From assembly GCA_965644315.1 (NCBI GenBank), contig CBFFRQ010000094.1:245443-309442 (forward strand): 64,000 nucleotides of DNA, in the 5' to 3' direction. The number at the start of each line of letters is the position of its first letter. Within the stretch, counting starts at the first letter, position 1. The notes beneath the pieces are model-generated. The model saw only the letters and a program-made list of their open reading frames with translations. It had not been told where the DNA came from and searched no databases. A program made the position numbers and the translations under genes. Shown here piece after piece: positions 10,425 to 22,400 of the stretch. The stretch comes from Caecitellus pseudoparvulus. Its lineage: Eukaryota > Protista > Bigyra: Bicosoecida.

Positions 10425-13400
10425 ATTCCGTCCGTGGAGTTCACGGACGGCCTTGGCACGGCTGACTTTGAGGGCGGTGAGCATTTCCGCATTCCTCCTC
10501 GTCCGTCTTCGTGAACCCCGAAGACTCCCACGCCTGCCCTGCCATCGCAGACGTTGGACTCCAGTTTACCTTGCGTAATACTGGAACTACCAATGGCTAC
10601 CAGGCGTTCATGGACCTCAGTGCGTGAAGTTTGCCTGACTGTTCTGCAGCTGTGCTGCGCCCACCCCCATGCTGCTGTTGCCTGCCGGGAGGCACCCACG
10701 GCAACTTGTGCAGCCATGCTAGCCTGACTGCCCAGTAAAATATTTTATTGTAGTGTGTCTCGCTGCGTTCTTGTCCCCGGGCCTTCGGAACAGCGGCATG
10801 GCGTGAGGCGGGGCCGTGCCCCGCCGAAACGTTACGTCAGCCATGGCGCACTGCGGCCCCCGTGCTGCCTATCCATCACGGAATTTTGTGTTGTTTTGAT
10901 GTATGAGACTCGTGTGGGTGTGGTTGGTGTGTACATCCCGTCCTTGCGGCGCTGGGCCGCTCGGCAGCTGCAGTGGGAGCGTTTTCGCGTAGTGGGCCCA
11001 CCCCCCGACACGTCCCTCACTCTGCTTGCCTCGTGCGTCACACCCTCACTGCGCGTGCTGCCCGCTCACCGCAGTTGTGCCTGAAGGTGCCACCGATGAA
11101 GTAATTGACGAGGAGCAAGTGACCACCCCCGTTGACGCTCTGGACCTTGGCAGTGGCGATGCGGATTTTGAGGGTGTCACCCGGCCAGCCTTCATGCTCA
11201 CCTTCGAAGAAGATGGCTGCCTCGATCACCCGTTCTTGGTGAACATGGGAACCCCTCTTCCCATTTGCGCCCAAGCTGGTGACCGGCTGTACTCCTGGAC
11301 GGCCCCTCTCAGCTCTCAACCGCCGAACGACGCGGTGCCCTTCGTGCTCACGCCGTCATCTGGCATCCTTCGAGAGGACCTTGACGCCTTTGACATCCGC
11401 ATTCGGTCTGGCTTCAGGGCGCAGACTCCCAGCGCTGACCCGAACACTTACGTGCCCCAGCTGACCCACAGCGAGAACAGCACGTTCTGGCAGCGGGGCA
11501 CCATTGTGCCGCGTCTCGTTGAGATGACCTTCAACCTACCTTCCCAGGGCTCTGTCGTCATCCGTGATTCCGTACGTCCAGCATCCATGTGTTTGAGGTT
11601 ATCTGTGCTCCTCTGGCGTCGCAGCGTGCCTGCGTCGCGGCAGGTCGCGCACCCTTCTTTCCTCACCCCTGCACCCCGCCTCCTTTCACAGGCTGCACGT
11701 TACCTGACTACTCGCTTGTCTGCGCCTGCAGAGTTCCTCATGCCACTTGCAGAGTGGAACTTCACCATGCCGACTGAGTATGAGCTGTTCGGCGCGACGC
11801 CAGTAACAGTGTCAGGGGACTTGGCACCTTTCCTCTCTCTGTCAGCTGCGGAAATCGAGACCAACCTCCGCACCAATCGCTCGTCCTTGATTCAGCTCGT
11901 GAACGTGACCACTGAGGGGATGAGTGGGCGCCCGGAGCTGGTGCTCACCGTGGCCTACTTCCCCCCTCGCTTCAACCAAGTCACTGGCATTGAGCAGGTG
12001 CGGGCGCTGCCCACCGACTTTGGCGGCTCTGGCACCTTCACCATTTCGACAGGCACCCTCATTTACAAGTCTGCCTCTCGAGTGAACGCCACATTCACCA
12101 CTGTCGCGAATATCGCGGAAACGACGACCATCACGCCAGCATTCCAGGCGTACTCGTTCAGCCACAACACGTATACGCCTGCTGGCCCATACGTTGTGAA
12201 CCAAACTCTCCGGACGGGGTTCAGTTTCCACTTCACCCCGCACATGGCCTTCGAGGCAGTGCACGCAGAGTCGTACTACGGGGATGGGTTTTTCATGTCA
12301 CCCGACACCATGAACACCCTCTTCACCTGCTCGGGGCGACTGGGCGCCATCACCAACTACCCCCTCGTCTACGGGCACCACTGGACCATGACACCAGACC
12401 CCGGCTCCAGCAGTGGCACCAGCAATGTCAGCATTGTGCTGGCTTTCAACCTCACCCTGGCAGCCAGCGACGCCCTCTCTGCAGGCGGACTGACCGCGAA
12501 CGAGGTGCCATTCAATGCCAGCAGCTGCAGCGTGCGGTATGACATGACCATCCTACGCAAGTTCGTGTCGAATGACAACCCTATCATTCACAACCAGGAC
12601 CTATACGGTCGAGCATCCATTGCCTTCCGAGCATGCGACATCGTGCCCCTGTCGCCAGCGTACCCCGGTGGATGCATGACACGAACACTGTCCCCTCCCG
12701 ACGGCGGCAGCCCAGACTCCACGCGAACCATTCGCATGGACGTGGGCAGGCCTACGCTGGAAATCTACGCTCTGGACCTGGTGCCATGCAGCCCGCAGCC
12801 GTGCGGCACCGCAGGCCCCGTGGAACTGCTCACCGATACCCTTGTCACATACCGGCTGCGGTACAACCTGCCGTTCACGTCCTTCGACGACTTCTTCATC
12901 ACCCTGTACTTGCCCGATCTGGTGGTGGATGTTGGGGCACTGAACCCTGATGGGCACCTGAACATTCCCATCTCTGGGGCTGGTGCGGCTCCGCCTGGAC
13001 TTGGCAATTTCTCTCGAGGACCGACCGACACCTTCACTGAGCTTTACTCAGCTGACCCCGTGTTCACGTACAGCACCCCTGCCAGCCTCATTGACCAGAC
13101 CATCGAGATCGCATGGCCGTCAGAGGAGAAGGATGTTCCAGGCCGCCCTTCTCAGATTGACTTCCTTTTCACCTTGCAGGTGCAGGTTGCAGTGTTGCCT
13201 GATCTTACCTCAGCAGGGGCGTTTGCCCTCACGACGGAGTCTGGCAACAGCGCGCGGGGCCAGTCCAAGGTTCCCTCCGTCCTGCGAAACCCTGACTTGC
13301 GCATGCTGGCCTTCTTCGTCGATATTTTCGGCAAGGGCTCTGCGCCCGAGGCCAGCATCGTCGAGCCAGTCGTTGGCTCCCCTTGGCAGCCGCTGAGCCC

Positions 13401-16400
13401 AGCCAGCGGCAACTCCTACCGCTTCGACCCCGCAGCCAACTTCTCTGCTGCCGACTTTGATGCGGTGGAAGGACAAGCTCAGGTTGCGCTTGACTTGGAC
13501 GCAGGCGACAATGTCACCGTCGTGGTGGCTGTGCTGAACGAAGGCGGTGTACGTGCTTTCCGCACGGTCATGAACTGTTCCATGAATGTGACTGAGTGGG
13601 CCTCTGACAGCCTGCGTCGCGACGTCATGGCACCTGAGGTGGACATTTCCGACCTGGGCCTAACCAGCACCTTTGCGACAGACAGCGCATCCTCGCCGCT
13701 GTACCCACACCCAAGCGACCACCCAGACAAGGTCACCGTTTCTCAGGTTGGAGGGCTGTGGAACCTGGGCGTTGAGTTTGGCATCATCGGGCCTGAGGAC
13801 GACGATGAGTCCCAGACCCCTGGGACAAACGTGAAGCTTGTCACGTTTGACATTCCAGTGGCTGACGGCGTGCGGCCTTCCGGGTCTGCTCCGTCTGTGG
13901 TGGACGGCACCCTGTCTGTCGGCTTTGGCGCAAGTCTGACCTCGCTTAACTGCAGGCTGAGCGACTACTCCTCTGTTCCACATGGACGCAGCTTTGTAGA
14001 CGAAGAGCCAGAGGATTACCCAATCGTGCCCCTCGTCGCGTATGCGAAAGGCATGAGCTTCGGTGGCGGTGTAGGCGCGCGCAATGTGTCACACCCCTCA
14101 ACCCCTCGAAATTTGCTTACTGATGGAGAGCAAGAGGTTGTTCTCGCAAGGTTTAACCTCCCAGAGGGGCGTGTGGCCAACGTCACTGTCGTGTTTCAAA
14201 TCAAAGGCGCACAGGTGGGCGACCTGCTCGTCGTGGATCCATCCGGCAGCCCGGACCTGGTCCTGCCTCAGCAGATCACATTTGCACCCGGCGGTTCTGC
14301 CTCTTGCATCGTTGTTTCGAGCATTGTGGCCCAGTGCACCTTGCTCGGAGTAACGAACCCCGGCGACAACATTGCCAACGACATGGTCAACGTCAGTCTC
14401 CCAGTGCGCATGCAGGACATGGCGACCACGCTCCATGCAGGGGCAACGTCGTCTGTCGGTGTGCGCATGGTAATTACAGATGACGAGCTGGGGACCCACG
14501 AGCCTGACGAGCAGACTGTGGCTTTCAGCGTAGCACCCCCAGTGCTCTTGGACGACACGGCAGCAACGCTGACTTCTGACGGGCCGCTGGGGACAGGTGA
14601 CAACCTGACCTATGCCATGACGCTTCGTCATGCTGATGAGGATGCTGGGGCTGTGTTTGAAGCGATTAAAGTCAGGATCAACTCCTACGATACGGAGATC
14701 TCTGCGCTCATCGGGGAGCTCAACGTCACCCTGCCTTGCTGCACTTGTACGGTCGGCGCTGCCCTGGTCGCCTCCAGTCCTGACACTGTGGAAGTCACCA
14801 TTTCAAACTGCGACCAGCTGCCTCTGCACAACGACGACATTTTTGTGGAGATGCCATTCCAAATGACGTCTCCTTCAGCTCCGCGTCAGATCTTGTCTGT
14901 TGACTCCACTTGGTCCTGGCTCTCCGGCCCTGCCAACGAGAGTGATGTTGGGGTTTGGGTCGAGAGGCAGCAAGCAGGATTACCAGCCAATCTGACCATT
15001 GAGGCTGGCCCGCTGCTGACCAACTTGACCCTCGCGGGAACTTCGTTGCTGGCAACGTCTGCATCTCAGGTGGTCATTGCCCAGGAAGACATCAGCCCAG
15101 GCGAAGTCCTTCTCATCGACTTTGCTGTCAACAGCCCGGCAAGCAACTGGACTTCAGATGTCGCCATTACTTTTCCTGCTGATTTCATACTCGTTGGCTC
15201 CTGGATCCCCGAGTTTGGTGCGGGGTGGGCAACCTCCTCTGGAGTTGCACTTGGGTCAAACGCAACTGCGGTGACCCTGACTTCCGCAGAGTGGCAGCTT
15301 GGCATTGTAGGTGTGGACCGCACTGGCCTTCCTGGGGAAATTGCAACGACTATCTTCCGGGCTGCTCTCACACTGAATGCTGCGGGAGTAGGGACTCCCA
15401 CCGCAGGAGATTCGTATACATTCGGTGCAAACATCGAGCCGACCTATCTCGACGAACCTCTCGACACCGTCGTGGTGGACGTGGTGGAGCCGTCGTTGGC
15501 TGTCAGCGTGGCAGCTGTGGGTGGCATCACGGGCGTGGAGGGGCAGGACTCCCTGACCTTCGACGTGACCATCGTGAACGACGACGGCGCTGGGAGCACT
15601 GGCCCCGCGTACGATGTGCGGGTGTACGACGACCGCCTGGGCGAGGACGCGCTGTTGACGACGGGGACGTACCGTGTGACATCTGTGAGCTACACGATTG
15701 GTGCGGGTCCGAGTGTGCCAGCGACAGCGGGTCTTGGTCGTGATGGCGGTGCGTTTGTGGAGATCCCGGAGGTGCCCCACGACGAGACGGTGGTTGTGCG
15801 GTATGTGGTGCAGGTGTCTGGTGACGTGGGCGCAGCTGTGGACCTGGCCGTGTCGCCGCATGTGGCGTACCGCAGCCATCCGTTGGAGCGCAGCGGGCTG
15901 TTGTTTGGGGATGCGTACCCGAGCAGTGCGATCCAGAACTACACGGCTGTGAGCGGGAACACGCTGACTGTGGAGGTGGCTGGCTTTGTGCCATCCCTGG
16001 CAACAGTGGACAGCGTGCTGCCTGGCACGAGCAGCGTGCAGATGGCGCCGGGCAACGCCGACATCGCCTTGGGGGAGGTGTTTGTGGTGGACTACACCCT
16101 GGACAGCCCTGTGAGCAACTGGACGTCTGATGCAGGCGTGACGTTTCCGTCTGACTTGGTGGTTGTGGGGGCGTGGGTGAACGAGTTTGGCAGCGGCTGG
16201 CGCAGCGAGGGCGGCGTGGTGCTGGGCACCAACGCCACGACCGTGACGAGCACTGCTGCGACGTGGGCTCTGGGCGAGGTGTCTGTGAATGACGGCAGTG
16301 TGTCACCTGGGGCAGGTGTGACTGCCGCTGTGCTGCGTGTGGCGTTTGTGCTGGACGGCAGTGGTGCTGGGTCGCCGGTGGCTGGCGTGACCCGGAGTGT

Positions 16401-19400
16401 GGTGGGGTCTCTGTCGCCTGGGCTGTTGGACGCGGCACTGCCCAGCATCTCTGTGGACGTGGTGGAGCCGTCGTTGGCTGTCAGCGTGGCAGCTGTGGGC
16501 GGCATCACAGGCGTGGAGGGGCAGGACTCCCTGACCTTCGACGTGACCATCGTGAACGATGACGGCGCTGGGAGCACTGGCCCCGCGTACGATGTGCGGG
16601 TGTACGACGACCGCCTGGGCGAGGACGCGCTGTTGACGACGGGGACGTACCGTGTGACATCTGTGAGCTACACGATTGGTGCGGGTCCGAGTGTGCCAGC
16701 GACAGCGGGTCTTGGTCGTGATGGCGGTGCGTTTGTGGAGATCCCGGAGGTGCCCCACGACGAGACGGTGGTTGTGCGGTATGTGGTGCAGGTGTCTGGT
16801 GACGTGGGCGCAGCTGTGGACCTGGCCGTGTCGCCGCATGTGGCGTACCGGAGCCATCCTTTGGAGCGCAGCGGGCTGTTGTTTGGGGATGCGTACCCGA
16901 GCAGTGCGATCCAGAACTACACGGCTGTGAGCGGGAACACGCTGACTGTGGAGGTAACAGGTGTACGAGTTGGTGTTTCTTCCCAAGATACCTCTCTTTC
17001 AGGGACAGCTTCTGGTCAACTGAATGGTGGTTGGGAGGATCTTAACATTGGTGAAGTATTGGTCTTCCAGTATGAGGTAGACAGCCCTGTGAGCAACTGG
17101 ACAGCAGTTGCAGAAACAACATTTAGCAATGATTTCACTCTCCTGGCAGCTTGGATTTCCTATCTTGGCTCTGGTTGGGTTTCTGGGAATGGACTTGCGT
17201 TTGGGTCAAATGCGACGTCGACAAGCCAGACAAACGCTGAGTGGGACTTCGGACTAACAGCTGTCAATGATGGGACTCTGTCTCCAGGAACAAGTGTAAC
17301 TGAAACCATCATGACATTGGCCCTTGTTCTGGATGCGTCTTCTGCCGGTTCCCCATCCGCAGCAGATACAGTTGAAGTTCGGGCACGTTTTCCTGGAGGC
17401 CTTCGCGATGGTGGTCAGCCAAGGATCCGCTATAATGTCCTTGAACCGTCGTTGGCTGTCAGCGTGGCAGCTGTGGGCGGCATCACAGGCGTGGAGGGGC
17501 AGGACTCCCTGACCTTCGACGTGACCATCGTGAACGACGACGGCGCTGGGAGCACTGGCCCCGCGTACGATGTGCGGGTGTACGACGACCGCCTGGGCGA
17601 GGACGCGCTGTTGACGACGGGGACGTACCGTGTGACATCTGTGAGCTACACGATTGGTGCGGGTCCGAGTGTGCCAGCGACAGCGGGTCTTGGTCGTGAT
17701 GGCGGTGCGTTTGTGGAGATCCCGGAGGTGCCCCATGACGAGACGGTGGTTGTGCGGTATGTGGTGCAGGTGTCTGGTGATGTGGACGCAGCTGTGGACC
17801 TGGCCGTGTCGCCGCATGTGGCGTACCGCAGCCATCCGTTGGAGCGCAGCGGGCTGTTGTTTGGGGATGCGTACCCGAGCAGTGCGATCCAGAACTACAC
17901 GGCTGTGAGCGGGAACACGCTGACTGTGGAGGTGGCTGGCTTTGTGCCATCCCTGGCAACAGTGGACAGCGTGCTGCCTGGCACGAGCAGCGTGCAGATG
18001 GCGCCGGGCAACGCCGACATCGCCTTGGGGGAGGTGTTTGTGGTGGACTACACCCTGGACAGCCCTGTGAGCAACTGGACGTCTGATGCGGGTGTGACGT
18101 TTCCGTCTGACTTGGTGGTTGTGGGGGCGTGGGTGAACGAGTTTGGCAGCGGCTGGCGCAGCGAGGGCGGCGTGGTGCTGGGCACCAACGCCACGACCGT
18201 GACGAGCACTGCTGCGACGTGGGCTCTGGGCGAGGTGTCTGTGAATGACGGCAGCGTGTCACCTGGGGCAGGTGTGACTGCCACTGTGCTGCGTGTGGCG
18301 TTTGTGCTGGACGGCAGTGGTGCTGGGTCGCCGGTGGCTGGCGTGACCCGGAGTGTGGTGGGGTCTCTGTCGCCTGGGCTGTTGGACGCGGCATTGCCCA
18401 GCATCTCTGTGGACGTGGTGGAGCCGTCGTTGGCTGTCAGCGTGGCAGCTGTGGGCGGCATCACGGGCGTGGAGGGGCAGGACTCCCTGACCTTCGACGT
18501 GACCATCGTGAACGACGACGGCGCTGGGAGCACTGGCCCCGCGTACGATGTGCGGGTGTACGACGACCGCCTGGGCGAGGACGCGCTGTTGACGACGGGG
18601 ACGTACCGTGTGACATCTGTGAGCTACACGATTGGTGCGGGTCCGAGTGTGCCAGCGACAGCGGGTCTTGGCCGTGATGGCGGTGCGTTTGTGGAGATCC
18701 CGGAGGTGCCCCATGACGAGACGGTGGTTGTGCGGTATGTGGTGCAGGTGTCTGGTGATGTGGACGCAGCTGTGGACCTGGCCGTGTCGCCGCATGTGGC
18801 GTACCGGAGCCATCCGTTGGAGCGCAGCGGGCTGTTGTTTGGGGATGCGTACCCGAGCAGTGCGATCCAGAACTACACGGCTGTGAGCGGGAACACGCTG
18901 ACTGTGGAGGTGGCTGGCTTTGTGCCATCCCTGGCAACAGTGGACAGCGTGCTGCCTGGCACGAGCAGCGTGCAGATGGCGCCGGGCAACGCCGACATCG
19001 CCTTGGGGGAGGTGTTTGTGGTGGACTACACCCTGGACAGCCCTGTGAGCAACTGGACGTCTGATGCGGGTGTGACGTTTCCGTCTGACTTGGTGGTTGT
19101 GGGGGCGTGGGTGAACGAGTTTGGCAGCGGCTGGCGCAGCGAGGGCGGCGTGGTGCTGGGCACCAACGCCACGACCGTGACGAGCACTGCTGCGACGTGG
19201 GCTCTGGGCGAGGTGTCTGTGAATGACGGCAGCGTGTCACCTGGGGCAGGTGTGACTGCCACTGTGCTGCGTGTGGCGTTTGTGCTGGACGGCAGTGGTG
19301 CTGGGTCGCCGGTGGCTGGCGTGACCCGGAGTGTGGTGGGGTCTCTGTCGCCTGGGCTGTTGGACGCGGCACTGCCCAGCATCTCTGTGGACGTGGTGGA

Positions 19401-22400
19401 GCCGTCGTTGGCTGTCAGCGTGGCAGCTGTGGGCGGCATCACAGGCGTGGAAGGGCAGGACTCCCTGACCTTCGACGTGACCATCGTGAACGACGACGGC
19501 GCTGGGAGCACTGGCCCCGCGTACGATGTGCGGGTGTACGACGACCGCCTGGGCGAGGACGCGCTGTTGACGACGGGGACGTACCGTGTGACATCTGTGA
19601 GCTACACGATTGGTGCGGGTCCGAGTGTGCCAGCGACAGCGGGTCTTGGCCGTGATGGCGGTGCGTTTGTGGAGATCCCGGAGGTGCCCCACGACGAGAC
19701 GGTGGTTGTGCGGTATGTGGTGCAGGTGTCTGGTGATGTGGGCGCAGCTGTGGACCTGGCCGTGTCGCCGCATGTGGCGTACCGGAGCCATCCTTTGGAG
19801 CGCAGCGGGCTGTTGTTTGGGGATGCGTACCCGAGCAGTGCGATCCAGAACTACACGGCTGTGAGCGGGAACACGCTGACTGTGGAGGTGGCTGGCTTTG
19901 TGCCATCCCTGGCAACAGTGGACAGCGTGCTGCCTGGCACGAGCAGCGTGCAGATGGCGCCGGGCAACGCCGACATCGCCTTGGGGGAGGTGTTTGTGGT
20001 GGACTACACCCTGGACAGCCCTGTGAGCAACTGGACGTCTGATGCGGGTGTGACGTTTCCGTCTGACTTGGTGGTTGTGGGGGCGTGGGTGAACGAGTTT
20101 GGCAGCGGCTGGCGCAGCGAGGGCGGCGTGGTGCTGGGCACCAACGCCACGACTGTGACGAGCACTGCTGCGACGTGGGCTCTGGGCGAGGTGTCTGTGA
20201 ATGACGGCAGCGTGTCACCTGGGGCAGGTGTGACTGCCACTGTGCTGCGTGTGGCGTTTGTGCTGGACGGCAGTGGTGCTGGGTCGCCGGTGGCTGGCGT
20301 GACCCGGAGTGTGGTGGGGTCTCTGTCGCCTGGGCTGTTGGACGCGGCATTGCCCAGCATCTCTGTGGACGTGGTGGAGCCGTCGTTGGCTGTCAGCGTG
20401 GCAGCTGTGGGCGGCATCACGGGCGTGGAGGGGCAGGACTCCCTGACCTTCGACGTGACCATCGTGAACGACGACGGCGCTGGGAGCACTGGCCCCGCGT
20501 ACGATGTGCGGGTGTACGACGACCGCCTGGGCGAGGACGCGCTGTTGACGACGGGGACGTACCGTGTGACATCTGTGAGCTACACGATTGGTGCGGGTCC
20601 GAGTGTGCCAGCGACAGCGGGTCTCGGTCGCGATGGCGGTGCGTTTGTGGAGATCCCGGAGGTGCCCCATGACGAGACGGTGGTTGTGCGGTATGTGGTG
20701 CAGGTGTCTGGTGATGTGGGCGCAGCTGTGGACCTGGCCGTGTCGCCGCATGTGGCGTACCGGAGCCATCCTTTGGAGCGCAGCGGGCTGTTGTTTGGGG
20801 ATGCGTACCCGAGCAGTGCGATCCAGAACTACACGGCTGTGAGCGGGAACACGCTGACTGTGGAGGTGGCTGGCTTTGTGCCATCCCTGGCAACAGTGGA
20901 CAGCGTGCTGCCTGGCACGAGCAGCGTGCAGATGGCGCCGGGCAACGCCGACATCGCCTTGGGGGAGGTGTTTGTGGTGGACTACACCCTGGACAGCCCT
21001 GTGAGCAACTGGACGTCTGATGCGGGCGTGACGTTTCCGTCTGACTTGGTGGTTGTGGGGGCGTGGGTGAACGAGTTTGGCAGCGGCTGGCGCAGCGAGG
21101 GCGGCGTGGTGCTGGGCACCAACGCCACGACCGTGACGAGCACTGCTGCGACGTGGGCTCTGGGCGAGGTGTCTGTGAATGACGGCAGCGTGTCACCTGG
21201 GGCAGGTGTGACTGCCGCTGTGCTGCGTGTGGCGTTTGTGCTGGACGGCAGTGGTGCTGGGTCGCCGGTGGCTGGCGTGACCCGGAGTGTGGTGGGGTCT
21301 CTGTCGCCTGGGCTGTTGGACGCGGCACTGCCCAGCATCTCTGTGGACGTGGTGGAGCCATCGTTGGCTGTCAGCGTGGCAGCTGTGGGCGGCATCACAG
21401 GCGTGGAGGGGCAGGACTCCCTGACCTTCGACGTGACCATCGTGAACGATGACGGCGCTGGGAGCACTGGCCCCGCGTACGATGTGCGGGTGTACGACGA
21501 CCGCCTGGGCGAGGACGCGCTGTTGACGACGGGGACGTACCGTGTGACATCTGTGAGCTACACGATTGGTGCGGGTCCGAGTGTGCCAGCGACAGCGGGT
21601 CTTGGCCGTGATGGCGGTGCGTTTGTGGAGATCCCGGAGGTGCCCCACGACGAGACGGTGGTTGTGCGGTATGTGGTGCAGGTGTCTGGTGACGTGAGCG
21701 CAGCTGTGGACCTGGCCGTGTCGCCGCATGTGGCGTACCGCAGCCATCCGTTGGATCGCAGCGGGCTGTTGTTTGGGGATGCGTACCCGAGCAGTGCGAT
21801 CCAGAACTACACGGCTGTGAGCGGGAACACGCTGACTGTGGAGGTGGCTGGCTTTGCGCCGTCCCTGGCAACAGTGGACAGCGTGCTGCCTGGCACGAGC
21901 AGCGTGCAGATGGCGCCGGGCAACGCCGACATCGCCTTGGGGGAGGTGTTTGTGGTGGACTACACCCTGGACAGCCCTGTGAGCAACTGGACGTCTGATG
22001 CGGGCGTGACGTTTCCGTCTGACTTGGTGGTTGTGGGGGCGTGGGTGAACGAGTTTGGCAGCGGCTGGCGCAGCGAGGGCGGCGTGGTGCTGGGCACCAA
22101 CGCCACGACCGTGACGAGCACTGCTGCGACGTGGGCTCTGGGTGAGGTGTCTGTGAATGACGGCAGTGTGTCACCTGGGGCAGGTGTGACTGCCACTGTG
22201 CTGCGTGTGGCGTTCGTGCTGGACGGCAGTGGTGCTGGGTCGCCGGTGGCCGGCGTGACCCGGAGTGTGGTGGGGTCTCTGTCACCGGGGCTGTTGGACG
22301 CGGCACTGCCCAGCATCTCTGTGGACGTGGTGGAGCCGTCGTTGGCTGTCAGCGTGGCAGCTGTGGGCGGCATCACGGGCGTGGAGGGGCAGGACTCCCT

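Noticed and set aside
11026-11074. ORF-track start of the giant protein at TTG 11026 (MPRASHPHCACCPLTA)
   Set aside because: It lies inside intron 2 (branch/acceptor region). The eukaryotic ATG with a signal peptide is at 10365.
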